IMG/VR virus record: IMGVR_UViG_3300014050_000017
Span: 1-64,000 of that record
From: a virus
Strand: one strand, 5' to 3'
Length of the DNA: 64,000 bases
Each line of letters starts with the position of its first letter. Within the stretch, counting starts at the first letter, position 1. This document shows positions 54,781-64,000 of this stretch, one piece after another. The notes below the pieces were generated by a model, which saw only the letters and a list, made by a program, of their open reading frames with translations, was not told the origin of the DNA and searched no databases. Both the position numbers and the translations under genes were made by a program.

Positions 54781-55992
54781 CTAAGCGATAGTAGAGCCTG
54801 CGAATGCAGCGCAAGAGAAGGATACAGTTGTTCTAAGAGGAATCATGGTTTCAGTAAACATAATATGATTTATGTTTAAGCTGGTAATCCAACCAACAAA
54901 CGACAAAGACTTTGTAGCATCTGGTCCAAGTCTAAAAGCCAATAAGGATGGTGAGAGGAATCCAATATTTGCTGTAGGCTTCTTTAACAATGTGGTCCAT
55001 GTTTTGTTTTTATCTTTAGGGTCAGAACCAATACCTGTTCCGTTCAACGCTTTAAACAAATACTCTAGGTCAGCCATAGTTCCATAAGCTGCAAGGTCTT
55101 TAAGTTTTTGCAGCTTTTTGGTTGCACTAGCCTCTCCATAACCATACTTATAGTAGTTGTCTATAAAGAACTGTAACTTTTCTGGGTTGTTTGCCCACTC
55201 TTTAATACAGGCAAAATCGTTTACTCTATCAAGGGTAATGGTAAAACTATAAGTCTCTTGACCAGGAAAGGCTCCAGCAACGCTTCTAAATCTATCGGCA
55301 GATGATGGCGTTACATCCATGTTTCTTTCAATGTTTTGTTGAATCGTCTCTGGGTTCCAAAGAAATTGAAAACCAAAAGCATAGTTGTTCTTGCCGCTTC
55401 GGTCTCCAACTTTACTTTTCTTTTCAGCATCTTTTTTTGCCTGCTCTGCAGAAGACGTAGTGATTTCTAAAGACTCACTGTCTACAGTAGACACAAGACC
55501 ACCATCATCCCAATGCCAAATAACTCCACGACGTTCTCTGTGGATACTATTTCCTAAAGGATTGTTGTTAACAAATATGCCGTCATCTGTCATGCCGTTT
55601 CTTAAAACCTCAACGGGTCTTACAGGCAAGCTCCAAGCATGAGGAGGTAGATTAAATTCATAGTCGTCTGGCGGAGTATTTCCAGGAAGCTTTGGTTCAG
55701 CTGGTCCTTTCTTTTTTCTCTTCTTATTTGTTGTTCCACCAGTGGTGCCTGTTCCATAGGTTTTTTTAATAGCGTCTACTTCTACTTGAGAATACACAGC
55801 GGATTGAGGTGGACGTGCTCCTCTTCCAACGGCAGGACCTACTGTATAGTTAGGGTTAGCAGCGGTCTGGGCAGCAATGGCTTCTGAAGACTGATATCTA
55901 ATATATCCTCTACCACCTGGGGCGTTTACAGTAGGAGGTATTAAAACACTTGCAGTCTTTTTGTTTAGCTCTGACGAACTTTTAGATGGCAT
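54781..55992 (-). CDS. Tail tube initiator-like protein
   Basis: FQFLWNPETI, FTITLDR, GWITSLNINH.MFTE.MIP.R; between tape measure and LysM genes. Confidence 0.7.
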   Translation of the reverse strand: MPSKSSSELNKKTASVLIPPTVNAPGGRGYIRYQSSEAIAAQTAANPNYTVGPAVGRGARPPQSAVYSQVEVDAIKKTYGTGTTGGTTNKKRKKKGPAEPKLPGNTPPDDYEFNLPPHAWSLPVRPVEVLRNGMTDDGIFVNNNPLGNSIHRERRGVIWHWDDGGLVSTVDSESLEITTSSAEQAKKDAEKKSKVGDRSGKNNYAFGFQFLWNPETIQQNIERNMDVTPSSADRFRSVAGAFPGQETYSFTITLDRVNDFACIKEWANNPEKLQFFIDNYYKYGYGEASATKKLQKLKDLAAYGTMADLEYLFKALNGTGIGSDPKDKNKTWTTLLKKPTANIGFLSPSLLAFRLGPDATKSLSFVGWITSLNINHIMFTETMIPLRTTVSFSCAAFAGSTIA

Positions 55993-58259
55993 TAGTTACC
56001 TGCTGCTTTCGCTATTGTTTCTTGGCTAGTAAGAGCCGCCTTGAGAGCAGCTACGTTTGCTTCTGGGTTACCGACACCGCTTAGGTTTACAGTAACTCCT
56101 CCGTAGTTATATGTAGTGCTATTAGGCGCCTGTACTGGACCAGCACCAATAAAGTCTTTTACAAAACCTGCTAAAAGATTTCTACTAGTATTGTCTCCAG
56201 ACTTTAAGAAATCTCCCATTGAGAACCTTGCAGACTTTTTATCTTCAGATTCTCCACTAGGTCCTCCTTTACCAGGACCTTCACCGTAACCCCCGCCGCT
56301 AGAACCAAGCATGCCTTTATAGGTTCCGTCGCCACCAGCCTTGCCTGTTCTCCAAGCAGAGTTGTTTACGGCAGTTAGGATTGCTTCTTTGTTACCCTTT
56401 TTAATAGCTTCAACAATTGCTGTGTAACCGCGTTCTTTTGCCTTGTTGCCAGTAAGGGTATCGATAGTTGCATCAAAACCTTGCTCCCAAGATGTATAAG
56501 CTTTAACACCTACTGGGTTCATAGACTTAGCGCCAGTTTTATTAAGTGTAGTGTTTAGTGGATTGAACTCTGCTGTGTTAACCCAGTGTCCTCCCTCAAA
56601 CCTCATCCAGGTCATCAACGCATCGATGGCCTCATTAGTGGGCTTCTTTGCGCCTAGTCTTTTTGCTAATTCTGTTGCCCATGATTTAGCGCTATAGCCA
56701 CCAGCGGTAACATCCCCGCCGTCTCCTCTAAATGGGTAGTTCTTTAATTCATGGTTAGGAACAATACGACCATCAACGTGAGGTACGAATAGCTCTGGTC
56801 CGCGCTCGCCGACAACGTATGGGGTTTTATTTTCTACACTACCGCCGTGCTCACGCTTTAATAGATAGCCTGCCCATGCCGCGTTCATAAATGCGCCAGC
56901 ACCGCCAGCAACTCCAGAGGATAAGGTTTCTCCACCGCTCTTGAAGAATCCAATGGTCTTTAATACTCCAGCAAACCTATCAATAAGGTTAAAGAACCCA
57001 TTCATGTAACCAAGAATTCGGTTAGCAAATGTAAATGCCGCAGCCATAGTTGGCGCTACCTGTTGTAAGGTAGTCATAGACTGAGCAGTTCTTTCGCTGA
57101 TAGAACTTACGGCAGCAGTGGTTGCTCCGTACTTTTCTCCTAGCTTCTTGAGGTCTCTGCCTGCAAATCGTTGACCACCACTTCGTGCCTTAAGCATAAG
57201 GCCATCTTCTATTTGCTTACGAAGAAGGGGGTCGTTTCCAAAATATTGGTCAAGCATAGATGCAAGAGCATTACCAGGCTGTAAAGATATCTGTACATCT
57301 TGTACAGTGATTGGTTCACTGCCCATTTTTTCTCTGTTTAACTTAGCCCAAATCTCATCAATAATCTGTGGCATAGGCTTAAGGCTGCCGTCCTCACCAC
57401 GGATACGAATACCGATACCACGTAGCATGTTGACGTTACGCGCTTGTTGAATAGAGCCATATGCACGTGCTGAACCTTCAACACCCATACCTGGAGTAAT
57501 GTTTGACATCTGTGCAGAACCCAAAGCAACGCCAAGCATGCTAGGACCACCAATACCAAACTGTCGGAAGGTCTCCATCATCTTTGCTGGGTCCATCTTT
57601 GAGGTTATGGTTCCCTGCTTTGCAATCTCTTGTAGAAGAACAGTTGCTTCTTTATACGCTTTATCTTGTGAATTTTTTGTAGCGTCAAGGAACCCAGCAA
57701 CAGGGTTATTGTTAAATGGCTGAACCTGTCCGTCAGGTCCGCGACGTCCTAAACCAGCTGCTGTTAAACCAGCCTGCTGTTGGTAAAACACCATACGAGA
57801 AGTTGCTAATTGCATTTCAACAGCTTCTTTGGTTCCTGGCATCATAGCCATGCTGCCAGCTCCTGCAGCAAATAGCGCGGTGCCTCGTGCAAAGGTGCGA
57901 CCGCTACCGTCTCTATCTATAGGTGTGGCATTTCCATACTGAACGTTAGATGACCTAACATCAACAGGGTATGGTGGTCTGAAAACTAAATTAGAATCTG
58001 GCCCTCCGCCAGGAGGAAATACATTACCTGAACCAGTTACAGTAAATACTGGATATGGGGCAACTTGGTTTGAGGCAGGGCCGCCACCATAACCGCCCCC
58101 GCTATCTCCAAAGCCTCTTAACTTTCCTAATGCAGAGGATAGGCTGTTACCCCAACTAGCTGTTGAAGAACCAATGGCTGAGAAGTCACGACGAATATCG
58201 GAGGCATAGCTCCGCAACTGTGACAGTAGGTTTAAAGACTTGATTGGGTCTTCAGCCAT
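55992..58259 (-). CDS. Tape measure protein with C-terminal lysozyme-like domain
   Basis: Position; GGSV...YVVGERGPELFVP; WMRFEGG...NPLNT...YTSWEQG. Confidence 0.82.
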   Translation of the reverse strand: MAEDPIKSLNLLSQLRSYASDIRRDFSAIGSSTASWGNSLSSALGKLRGFGDSGGGYGGGPASNQVAPYPVFTVTGSGNVFPPGGGPDSNLVFRPPYPVDVRSSNVQYGNATPIDRDGSGRTFARGTALFAAGAGSMAMMPGTKEAVEMQLATSRMVFYQQQAGLTAAGLGRRGPDGQVQPFNNNPVAGFLDATKNSQDKAYKEATVLLQEIAKQGTITSKMDPAKMMETFRQFGIGGPSMLGVALGSAQMSNITPGMGVEGSARAYGSIQQARNVNMLRGIGIRIRGEDGSLKPMPQIIDEIWAKLNREKMGSEPITVQDVQISLQPGNALASMLDQYFGNDPLLRKQIEDGLMLKARSGGQRFAGRDLKKLGEKYGATTAAVSSISERTAQSMTTLQQVAPTMAAAFTFANRILGYMNGFFNLIDRFAGVLKTIGFFKSGGETLSSGVAGGAGAFMNAAWAGYLLKREHGGSVENKTPYVVGERGPELFVPHVDGRIVPNHELKNYPFRGDGGDVTAGGYSAKSWATELAKRLGAKKPTNEAIDALMTWMRFEGGHWVNTAEFNPLNTTLNKTGAKSMNPVGVKAYTSWEQGFDATIDTLTGNKAKERGYTAIVEAIKKGNKEAILTAVNNSAWRTGKAGGDGTYKGMLGSSGGGYGEGPGKGGPSGESEDKKSARFSMGDFLKSGDNTSRNLLAGFVKDFIGAGPVQAPNSTTYNYGGVTVNLSGVGNPEANVAALKAALTSQETIAKAAGN

Positions 58260-58412
58260 TATGTTCCTCTATATCGTTGTGAACGCTCCAACCAGTTCTT
58301 TCTTTCACGAACTGAAAGGTTGCGTATATCTGTTAGGGTCCAACCAGGAAAGGTTCTTGTTAGAACCTCATACTGGTCCAGAAGGTCTTCGTAATCGGTT
58401 TCGCTATATACG
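58259..58412 (-). CDS. Start-less tail assembly chaperone extension (+1 frameshift product)
   Basis: +1 frame VYSETDYEDLLDQYEVLTRTFPGWTLTDIRNLSVRERKNWLERSQRYRGT*; TAA overlaps the tape measure ATG. Confidence 0.7.
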
Positions 58413-59198
58413 AAACAAATCTAGCAAGCTAAGTGGTAGGTCCATTAACTCACCACATGCCTTGCAAGCCTTCTTCACCTCCCCTAGGCGTGGGCCTGGG
58501 TTACGTGCGATAATCTCATCGATTATCTTTGTGCGGTCTGCCATGCCAAGTGCAAGTGCAGTTCCCGCGCCAACAGATGGTGCTCCATTTAGTGAAACAA
58601 TACAACCAGATAGTAATAGGGTATTAATTTCCGCTGGCGTCTTATCAACATTTTCCATAAGACGCTTTTGTGTTATTCCGTTAGGAAGTGCAACGACGGC
58701 TGTTCCCAGCTTAGTCTTTACCTCCCATTGCCTATCTTCAATTGGGTCTTCTAGAGCTTTCACTGGAACATCAGTAGCTAAATCAATAGATGCGGTGTGC
58801 TCATCGTTACAGGAGAAGCACCGAACCTTTAGGTCTACTGTTGGTCCAAATGTTACCTTTCTGATACCCAATAGAATCGCGTCGCGGTCTCCCGCTAGCA
58901 AGATATCTAGGTCAGTAGAGGTGGCATTTTTATTACCAAGCTTTACTAGACCTCTTTGTAGAAGAGCATTAAGGGCTTTGCCAGAAGAACCAGTCTTAGC
59001 AACTGCCTCTTCATCTGAGCCTGTAAGCTCTTTTACCTCTGCCGTAGTGTGTAGCACACCATCTAGGTCTACAAACCCACCAGGCAGTTGTACCTCAGAC
59101 TCTGAAGGGGCCAGCGTTTTAATCTGTTTCGCTGGCTCCTCCATAGCCTGTTCAGCAAACTTAGCTACAAGTTGTGCATCCGTAATAATTTCTGACAT
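58404..59198 (-). CDS. Tail/baseplate assembly chaperone (T4 gp26-like)
   Basis: LPGG, ELTGSDEE, GDRDAILL.IR..TFG, CFSC, CKAC, ends LLDLF. Confidence 0.8.
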   Translation of the reverse strand: MSEIITDAQLVAKFAEQAMEEPAKQIKTLAPSESEVQLPGGFVDLDGVLHTTAEVKELTGSDEEAVAKTGSSGKALNALLQRGLVKLGNKNATSTDLDILLAGDRDAILLGIRKVTFGPTVDLKVRCFSCNDEHTASIDLATDVPVKALEDPIEDRQWEVKTKLGTAVVALPNGITQKRLMENVDKTPAEINTLLLSGCIVSLNGAPSVGAGTALALGMADRTKIIDEIIARNPGPRLGEVKKACKACGELMDLPLSLLDLFRI

Positions 59199-59223
59199 CT
59201 TATACTCCTATTTCATATCGTTA

Positions 59224-59880
59224 TTAAACGATTGCTTTGCGGTCTTTATCCACGAAGGTGACCGATAGACCTTCATGTACAAGCGACATAGATTCAAATA
59301 GAATCGCGCCGTCCGCAGCATTTAGGTCTGTATAGTTTAGCGTAGTAATCCAAGCGTTGTGAATCTTGAACGCCATACGAGGAATGTTTGCGCCTTCTTC
59401 AGTGATGCCCTTTGTGTTTGGGTGGTCCATTACATAAAGGTTGATATCTACACGGAAGCTCTTAGATGTTGAAGTATCTGAGCGCATTGCGATACCTTCA
59501 CCAGATGCTGCGGCAAATAGACCACGCATCCATGTAATAGCTTGGTCATTGCCAAATAGCACGCCACGCTGGAAGGTAACAGGGGTAAAGGTAGTCATAC
59601 CAGGAATCTGGTGAACGGTAGTGTTATAGCCACCTTCACGATACTGGATAGACTGTGTGTTAATGCTTAGACCAGAAATCTGGCTGAAGCCACCAAGCCA
59701 ACCGTTGGACTTACCTTCTACGAAAGGGGTCTTCTTGTCGCTCTGGTTAATTTTTGTGCTAAAAAGATTCTCAGGCTTTCCACCCTCAGCTGCTGCTGGT
59801 GAAAACTCTGCAACGAACCGAAACGAGCGTAACGGGTCTGACGCTATTGTAGAGAATCTATTGATAATGCTTGTTGTCAT
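59224..59880 (-). CDS. Tail tube protein (T4 gp19-like)
   Basis: DPLRSFRF, GFSQISGL, YREGG, PG.T.F.PVTFQRG, NAW, L.HEG. Confidence 0.9.
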   Translation of the reverse strand: MTTSIINRFSTIASDPLRSFRFVAEFSPAAAEGGKPENLFSTKINQSDKKTPFVEGKSNGWLGGFSQISGLSINTQSIQYREGGYNTTVHQIPGMTTFTPVTFQRGVLFGNDQAITWMRGLFAAASGEGIAMRSDTSTSKSFRVDINLYVMDHPNTKGITEEGANIPRMAFKIHNAWITTLNYTDLNAADGAILFESMSLVHEGLSVTFVDKDRKAIV

Positions 59881-59894
59881 TTACTGGCTCTCCT

Positions 59895-61397
59895 TTACGC
59901 CACAGTAACGGTGGTTCCACCGTCAAACTGACCAATTTTGATGACCACGAATTCGGCTGGACGCTGTAGAGCAACGCCAACTTCAATGTGTACCTCTCCG
60001 TTATCAATAAGGTACTGAGGGTTATTCTCAGCATCTACCTTAACGAAGAATGCTTCTGATGGAGTTCCTCCACGAAGACCTCCCTGACTCCAGAACTGGG
60101 TCAAGAAAGATGTGCAAGCAGTTTCCAAACGACGCCATAGAGCTGGGTCATTAGGCTCAAAGATTGCAAACTCTGTCAAGTCTGTTAGAGACTTGCGTAA
60201 GTAAATAAGGCTACGACGTACAGGTACGTACTTGTCTACATATCCACGCTTTAGTGTTCGTGCACCCATTACAACAAAGCCAGAACCTGGAATAAAACGA
60301 ATAGCGTTTACAGGAGCTGCTGCGGTGTTAAGGGCATCAAGGTTTGCGTTTGTAAGTAGGCGTGTTGATACAACACCTGCAAGACGTGCCTGAAGTCCCG
60401 CTGGTGCCTTGAATACTCCGCGAGATGTGTCAGTAGAGGCGATAAGACCAGCAACAGCTGCTCCTGCTCCTACAGTAAGTGTCTTACCTGAGACTGCACC
60501 TAGTTCAAGAGTTGGGTCTGAGATAACAAGTGGTGGATAGTAAACCGCAGCTAAAGAAGATGCAGTGTATGTTCCAGCCAGAGTTAACTGGTTAGCTGGG
60601 GTGTCGTTTACGCCATCAACAACAACAAATACGTCATCGCGTCCTTCAGCATAGCTGATAGCTGCATTAACTACGTTAGCTGATGTCTGACCAGGTAGGT
60701 TAAGAACCAAAGATTCTCTAACTGTATCGTGAGCTGAAAGGCCTGCTGAGTAATCAGTAAGACCTACAGCGTTCCCTGTAGTTCCACCTGATAGAGCTTG
60801 GTTAGTTACAACTGCTGGGTTTCTTGTGCTTCCAGTATTTCCAGAGTTAAGGTCTACAAGAGTGACATAATTAGAAACAGTGTTAACTGTATCTGGTGCA
60901 TAGCGAGAGTCGGTTGCAGTCATTGAAAGCTGAGTAAATGTCTCTACGATATCTGCGTCAGTTACTCCGCCGTTATAGATGGTTAGGTCAAAGTATCCAG
61001 TTTCAATAGAGTTAGAAACAGAGATGTTTAAATCGTTACCCCAACGACCAGCGTTCTTAGCAAGAACCTGTAGTGTTGCAGATGGGCTTACAGCACGGTC
61101 GTTCAGAGAGCGTGTAGCTGTCTGTGCGCTTGCTGCAATGCGGGTTACGTATAGTTGGCTTCCACCATTTGAGAAGAACATATAAACTGCAAGTGGTAGG
61201 TCATTGCTTGTGTAAGTATTCCATGAGCCAAACTTTGTTACATACTGGCTCCAAGATGTTACCAACGTTGGTGAGCTGATTGGGCCTCGGTCGCTCACGC
61301 CGACAAGAGCAGATACAAACTGTGATGCAGCTCCAGGAAGTGGTTGTACGGGATTTAACGTTTCTTGAACGTATACCCCAGGGCGTTGAAATGCCAT
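59895..61397 (-). CDS. Tail sheath protein
   Basis: RPGVYVQE, FFSNGG, AVYYP, RGVFKAPAG, GARTL, YVPVRR, FEPND, PAEFVVI. Confidence 0.95.
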   Translation of the reverse strand: MAFQRPGVYVQETLNPVQPLPGAASQFVSALVGVSDRGPISSPTLVTSWSQYVTKFGSWNTYTSNDLPLAVYMFFSNGGSQLYVTRIAASAQTATRSLNDRAVSPSATLQVLAKNAGRWGNDLNISVSNSIETGYFDLTIYNGGVTDADIVETFTQLSMTATDSRYAPDTVNTVSNYVTLVDLNSGNTGSTRNPAVVTNQALSGGTTGNAVGLTDYSAGLSAHDTVRESLVLNLPGQTSANVVNAAISYAEGRDDVFVVVDGVNDTPANQLTLAGTYTASSLAAVYYPPLVISDPTLELGAVSGKTLTVGAGAAVAGLIASTDTSRGVFKAPAGLQARLAGVVSTRLLTNANLDALNTAAAPVNAIRFIPGSGFVVMGARTLKRGYVDKYVPVRRSLIYLRKSLTDLTEFAIFEPNDPALWRRLETACTSFLTQFWSQGGLRGGTPSEAFFVKVDAENNPQYLIDNGEVHIEVGVALQRPAEFVVIKIGQFDGGTTVTVA

Positions 61398-61439
61398 TTA
61401 GATAATCTCCTTAGTTAGGTTATATATAAAGTCCATGTA

Positions 61440-62105
61440 TTAAACGATTGTTAGGTCAGAAGGTATAGACGTATTTTCTACTGGATTATTAATGAATACC
61501 TCTTCAACAGCCTGAACTCTTTGAGCGGCTACTGCTGGGGTAAGCTCACTAATTACTCTTACTGTAAAAACGTTACGTAGAAGTCTTCGGTTTCCACTTT
61601 CCGAATCCTCAAACGTATCCCTCTTTACATATCCATCTACAAACATAGAACGCCATCCAGTTTGAGTACCTAGTTGGTTACTTACTGGCAGCTTTCCATA
61701 TTTAGCTGGAAACTTATTCCACATCTGAAACAGGATTGCCCTGTCATGTCGTGGGTGTCTTGCGTGTGTGGTTATCTGGTAGATAATGTCAAAAGCAACT
61801 GGGATGTCATATTCGTATGTATATCCAGTTTCAGGCTGCTGGGTTCCCATAAAATCTGTATCAAATAGACGACCTTGATGTTGTCTATCGTTAGCATGAA
61901 TAATATCCACCAGGTCGATGGTTACAAATGGAAACTCTTGCGCTCTAACTTCTACATCTGGATATCCAAACCACACCTTTACTGGTCGGGTTTTGATGGT
62001 CCCTGTAGGTCCGTTAGCGGCAGCTGACTTCTCATCTGCAACGGTCATTCCTTGAACAAATGTCTTGAGGGCTTCATCCTCAGCGATAAGAAACGGATTA
62101 CCCAT
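61440..62105 (-). CDS. Tail completion/terminator-like protein
   Basis: Upstream of sheath; FPFVTIDL, YQITT; start MGNPF. Confidence 0.65.
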   Translation of the reverse strand: MGNPFLIAEDEALKTFVQGMTVADEKSAAANGPTGTIKTRPVKVWFGYPDVEVRAQEFPFVTIDLVDIIHANDRQHQGRLFDTDFMGTQQPETGYTYEYDIPVAFDIIYQITTHARHPRHDRAILFQMWNKFPAKYGKLPVSNQLGTQTGWRSMFVDGYVKRDTFEDSESGNRRLLRNVFTVRVISELTPAVAAQRVQAVEEVFINNPVENTSIPSDLTIV

Positions 62106-62427
62106 GGAAGGCTCTAGTCTCTTCAATGATGGCGTCAATAACAACGTCATCAATTATCTGGGCTAGGTACTTATCTAAATTGTATGAGAGGGGTCTGATA
62201 GCCGCCTTGTGGGGCTCAGACATGGAGCCATACTCCGAGTTATAAAACTCTTCTTCTTTGCTCTCTGGATACAGTACTTTGATGTCATCATTTTGATGAC
62301 CAACCTGCACAGAGTTAATAAGCTCTTCAGACCACCCAGATTTTTTGGCGCGGGAACGGAGGTCGTAAGTCATATCGTCTACGACCCTGCTAGCGTTATC
62401 TTTAATTAGATTTTCTACGCTTGACAC
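62098..62427 (-). CDS. Putative neck/tail completion protein
   Basis: EYG...P...IRP motif; position. Confidence 0.55.
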   Translation of the reverse strand: MSSVENLIKDNASRVVDDMTYDLRSRAKKSGWSEELINSVQVGHQNDDIKVLYPESKEEEFYNSEYGSMSEPHKAAIRPLSYNLDKYLAQIIDDVVIDAIIEETRAFHG

Positions 62428-62560
62428 GCTTAGTCTTCTTCCCTAATAGGTACCCAGTCACAGCTCCAGCCAACATTGCCGCAGTGTGGGCCTGAGGAAT
62501 AGCCTTGCCAATCTCTTCTCTGAAATCTGTATCAGAGGCTGAAGATATTTTTTCAGACAT
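62402..62560 (-). CDS. Hypothetical protein (52 aa)
   Basis: SD AGGA; MSEKISS...GYLLGKK. Confidence 0.5.
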   Translation of the reverse strand: MSEKISSASDTDFREEIGKAIPQAHTAAMLAGAVTGYLLGKKTKRVKRRKSN

Positions 62561-62640
62561 GGACATCCTAGGTTTTCGCAGGGTACAACGCAGGGGTGAA
62601 GCTATGAATCCCGCATGGATTCACTACTAGGATAAAGCAA

Positions 62641-62660
62641 AGGGCCCCTTTCGGGGCCCT
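62641..62660 (-). terminator. Intrinsic terminator
   Basis: AGGGCCCC-GAAA-GGGGCCCT followed by TTGCTTT on the minus strand. Confidence 0.75.
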
Positions 62661-62667
62661 AAGCGGA

Positions 62668-62871
62668 TTACTTCTTTTTTATCTTCTTGATAATAGCGGC
62701 ATCAATCTTCTTGTCTTCCGCCATAGTCTTTGGCTTCTTCTTTTTGCCATGGGCTTTATCAGCCTTTTCAAACTTTGCCTTCTGAGCAGGGGTCATACCC
62801 TTGGTCATCTGGGCATCTTTCTTCTTGTCTTTGGCTTCTGTGTACTTGCCACTCATAAAACCTTTAGCCAT
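62668..62871 (-). CDS. Lys-rich mini-protein
   Basis: ORF track. Confidence 0.7.
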   Translation of the reverse strand: MAKGFMSGKYTEAKDKKKDAQMTKGMTPAQKAKFEKADKAHGKKKKPKTMAEDKKIDAAIIKKIKKK

Positions 62872-63014
62872 TACATGCCCTTCTTTCTGACCATAGATGC
62901 TTTCTTAGCCTTTGCAGGTGCACCCTTCTTTGCAGCAAACTTCTTGTTCGCTGCCTGCAGGGTCTTCATTCCGTGCTTGTTCTTTGGTTGTCCACAGCCG
63001 CAAGTCGCGCACAT
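62871..63014 (-). CDS. Lys/Ala-rich mini-protein with MCATCGC start
   Basis: MCATCGCGQPKNKHGMK...KKGM*; TAATG coupling. Confidence 0.7.
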   Translation of the reverse strand: MCATCGCGQPKNKHGMKTLQAANKKFAAKKGAPAKAKKASMVRKKGM

Positions 63015-63190
63015 TACTTCCTCTTTCCCTTAGCACGGAGGGCAGCAAAGTCAGAACCTTCTAGCTTTCCATCCTTATCTACATCAAGCTTCTTCTGCTT
63101 AGGTGACATGCCCTTTGGAGCAGCCTTCTTAGCAGCCTTCTTTGCAGGGGCTTTCTTTTTCTTACCCATACATCCACATGTAGCGCACAT
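63014..63190 (-). CDS. Lys/Ala-rich mini-protein with MCATCGC start and EF-hand-like loop
   Basis: MCATCGCMGKKKK...LDVDKDGKLEGSDF; TAATG coupling. Confidence 0.7.
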   Translation of the reverse strand: MCATCGCMGKKKKAPAKKAAKKAAPKGMSPKQKKLDVDKDGKLEGSDFAALRAKGKRK

Positions 63191-63360
63191 TACTTTTTCT
63201 TCTTTCTTGCAGCAGCCATGTTGTCTACGAGGTTAGGATAGGGACGGCCTGCTGCTTTCGCCCTAGCCTTTGCAGATGCTTTCTGCGACTTACTAAGTTT
63301 ACTGGATTTACCTGGGGTTGGGTCTTTCTTATCCCAGACTGGCTTATCTTTTTTTGCCAC
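63190..63360 (-). CDS. Lys/Ala-rich mini-protein
   Basis: GTG after AAGGAG; AKARAKAAGRPYPNLVDNM. Confidence 0.7.
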   Translation of the reverse strand: MAKKDKPVWDKKDPTPGKSSKLSKSQKASAKARAKAAGRPYPNLVDNMAAARKKKK

Positions 63361-63490
63361 TTGATGCTCCTTTTTTCTTAACTTTTTTAGGAAGAGCCTT
63401 ACCCTTAGGGGTTTTTTCCTCCCACTCCTTAGCCATCTCTGGGTGCTTGGCGTACATGAACTTACGCTGCTGTTGAGATTTGAATGGCAT
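63344..63490 (-). CDS. Lys-rich mini-protein
   Basis: MPFKSQQQRKFMYAKHPEMAKEWE...TP...LP. Confidence 0.7.
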   Translation of the reverse strand: MPFKSQQQRKFMYAKHPEMAKEWEEKTPKGKALPKKVKKKGASSGKKR

Positions 63491-63774
63491 TAGAATACTG
63501 TTGAGTAGACTACGGATACTGCGTTAGCACCCGTGGTGATAGCGGCTACTGCATATAGCTTGTCCCCAGCGTTAAGGTCAAATCTATAAGCAGAATCTTT
63601 CTTTACAGTAAGGCCTTTGTCTGCTCCAGAAGTAGCAACTTGAGCATCGCCAACATAGATAGAGTTATTATCGTCGTTAACGATTGTGACTGTAGTGGTA
63701 GGTTCTTTTGGTCCAAGGTGTACAAGTAGGACGGGAGTAGTTCCTACGGTAAACGCTTGATGATTTAAAGCCAT
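63490..63774 (-). CDS. Beta-rich virion protein
   Basis: SD AGGAGG; IVN...IYVGD...G...LYAVA. Confidence 0.65.
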   Translation of the reverse strand: MALNHQAFTVGTTPVLLVHLGPKEPTTTVTIVNDDNNSIYVGDAQVATSGADKGLTVKKDSAYRFDLNAGDKLYAVAAITTGANAVSVVYSTVF

Positions 63775-63782
63775 ATGGCCTC

Positions 63783-63998
63783 CTATTTAATGTACCCAGC
63801 AAGAGCTAGGAACTGTGGGTCATTGACCATTTCGTCGGCCATAACCTGCATACATTCTACAATGATGAGGGTATATCTTTCAGCAACAATGCCTGCCTGT
63901 TGAATAAAATAAGGGCGATAAACCTGGCCCTTCCATAGGATACGACCACGAGCTTGAAGGTCTGGGTTGCCAATGACTCCTGGTACAACGCGCTCAAC
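63783..63998 (-). CDS. Partial gene (possible head-tail joining protein)
   Basis: Open frame ...RGRILWKGQVYRP...DEMVNDPQF...YIK*; 5' end outside window. Confidence 0.55.
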   Translation of the reverse strand, partial: VERVVPGVIGNPDLQARGRILWKGQVYRPYFIQQAGIVAERYTLIIVECMQVMADEMVNDPQFLALAGYIK

Positions 63999-64000
63999 AT

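Noticed and set aside
58240-59268. 342-aa plus-strand ORF
   Set aside because: Antisense to the tail chaperone, no recognisable motifs or SD.
1-64000. Stop-codon reassignment
   Set aside because: Conserved genes are intact in the standard code, TAA/TAG/TGA all end genes, and no suppressor tRNA is present.

Overview
This window is part of a large contractile-tailed (myovirus-like) dsDNA phage genome, most likely infecting an actinobacterium. Evidence for the host: a WhiB gene, TAnnnT-6/7nt-ATG leaderless starts and TAGGCT-type -10 boxes. About 50 kb is coded on the minus strand: tail sheath/tube/tape measure/baseplate genes (47.6-64 kb); a complete replication-recombination module (initiator-like protein, DnaC-like loader, DnaB, primase, dNMP kinase, SNF2 helicase, SSB, PolA, RecA, two resolvases, Cas4-like nuclease; 31-46.7 kb); three tRNAs; SpoVS; Hsp20; a metallophosphoesterase; an NTase/HAD-like/TGT-like operon; class II RNR; and a secreted PA14 protein running off the left edge. 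A plus-strand island at about 5.0-17.9 kb looks like an early/host-takeover region (DUF2693-like, DUF932, C2H2 finger, MoxR AAA + vWA, pyrimidine-dimer-glycosylase-like). Its most striking feature is a rigidly spaced cassette in front of eight promoters: perfect DnaA box, 5 nt, two 11-bp-periodic TGAAC half-sites (PHO-box-like on the bottom strand), usually 14 nt, then -35/-10. Upstream of these sits a second motif, TGTTTGTGYTG, that closes long hairpins with compensatory changes. Other candidates: a pseudoknotted ~260-nt ncRNA between tRNAs, an anti-Shine-Dalgarno-loop sRNA, a +1 frameshift at UUU-CGU in the tail chaperone and an ATA start codon. All family assignments come from motif recognition by eye; no database searches were run.
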